Assembly: GCA_010015805.1 (NCBI GenBank)
Contig: ML978121.1
Coordinates: 1,302,001 to 1,366,000, forward strand
DNA: 64,000 nt
Direction of reading: 5' to 3'
DNA from: Rhizodiscina lignyota
Taxonomy: Eukaryota
The stretch's first letter is position 1. The number at the start of each line of letters is the position of its first letter. The notes beneath the pieces are model-generated. The model searched no databases, had not been told where the DNA came from, and saw only the letters and a list, made by a program, of their open reading frames with translations. This document shows, in pieces, positions 63,411 through 64,000 of the stretch. The position numbers and the translations under genes are program-made.

Positions 63411-64000
63411 TCAAAGTTTCGCTTGCGTCTTTCCATTATAGTCAATCTCGAACGTGTAGCTCGGATCATAGTGCATAGCCCAATATCCATCCCAAATCGT
63501 AGTGGTAACAGGTCCAATCTTGCCGCCATTCACAGGCTTTCCGTCGAGGGATGTTATTGGCATGATCCCTCCCGCAGTTGTGCACATAAACAGTTCGTCG
63601 GCGTTGTAGGCCAATTCAACAGGTACAACTTCCATTCGGACCTCAATACCGTTTGCCTTTGCGACATCAAAAACGCTCTTGCGCGTGACGCCCTCCAGGA
63701 CGCCGCGATCCGGTGTGAAGATGATTCCATCCTTGACAACGACAATATTGAACCCCGATCCTTCTGTGAGGTTGGCGTCTCCATCTGTCAAGAACGGATA
63801 GTCGGCTCCGCGCTCCGCAGCCTCGAACATGGCGCGCGTCAGGTCACCCCACTGCAAATTCTTCACCGTTGGATCCATGGAACCTGGAGGAGTTCGCCGC
63901 ACCGTTCGAGCGATAACGGCGCTACCGCCTGGTTTTTGCATTTCGGGCGGCATGACCCAGATGTAGCCAGTAACGAACATGTACAAACTGTTAACCATCT
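63411..64000 (-). CDS. (R)-selective amine transaminase, PLP fold type IV (5' partial)
   Basis: [20 protein letters not shown] (PLP lysine), [29 protein letters not shown], typical of fungal (R)-amine transaminases. N-terminus lies beyond the window. Confidence 0.88.
   Translation of the reverse strand, partial: MVNSLYMFVTGYIWVMPPEMQKPGGSAVIARTVRRTPPGSMDPTVKNLQWGDLTRAMFEAAERGADYPFLTDGDANLTEGSGFNIVVVKDGIIFTPDRGVLEGVTRKSVFDVAKANGIEVRMEVVPVELAYNADELFMCTTAGGIMPITSLDGKPVNGGKIGPVTTTIWDGYWAMHYDPSYTFEIDYNGKTQAKL

Overview
Gene-dense, intron-containing DNA from a filamentous ascomycete (Pezizomycotina; GT-AG introns of about 50-70 nt with CTAAC/CTGAC branch points). I can support about 26 protein-coding genes. 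Housekeeping genes: RBM39/Rsd1-like splicing factor, SCS7, LEU4, RPS18, SDO1, carboxypeptidase Y, SSADH, CDF transporter, TES1, CDC31 and the NUP98-NUP96 precursor. Others include a secreted phytase, a GT71 mannosyltransferase, a ferric reductase, a DUF1593 protein and a co-oriented monooxygenase / Zn2Cys6 TF / 2OG-dioxygenase / aldehyde dehydrogenase block. The most notable features not shown by the ORF track: (1) two diverged copies of a 160-175 bp MITE-like element with terminal inverted repeats between LEU4 and RPS18, each carrying a CCG-N4/5-CGG (Leu3/LeuB-type) motif, beside two more such motifs in the LEU4 promoter; (2) an intronless bacterial-type aspartate dehydrogenase (NadX-like) next to a decayed P-type ATPase fragment, in an accessory-looking block that also holds an (R)-amine transaminase; (3) a stop codon inside a NUP98-NUP96 splice donor that could uncouple Nup98 from Nup96; (4) a small orphan gene with a full promoter/intron architecture. 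I recognised no rRNA, tRNA, CRISPR array or autonomous transposon. All family calls come from motif recognition by eye; no searches were run. Splice coordinates are manual inferences.
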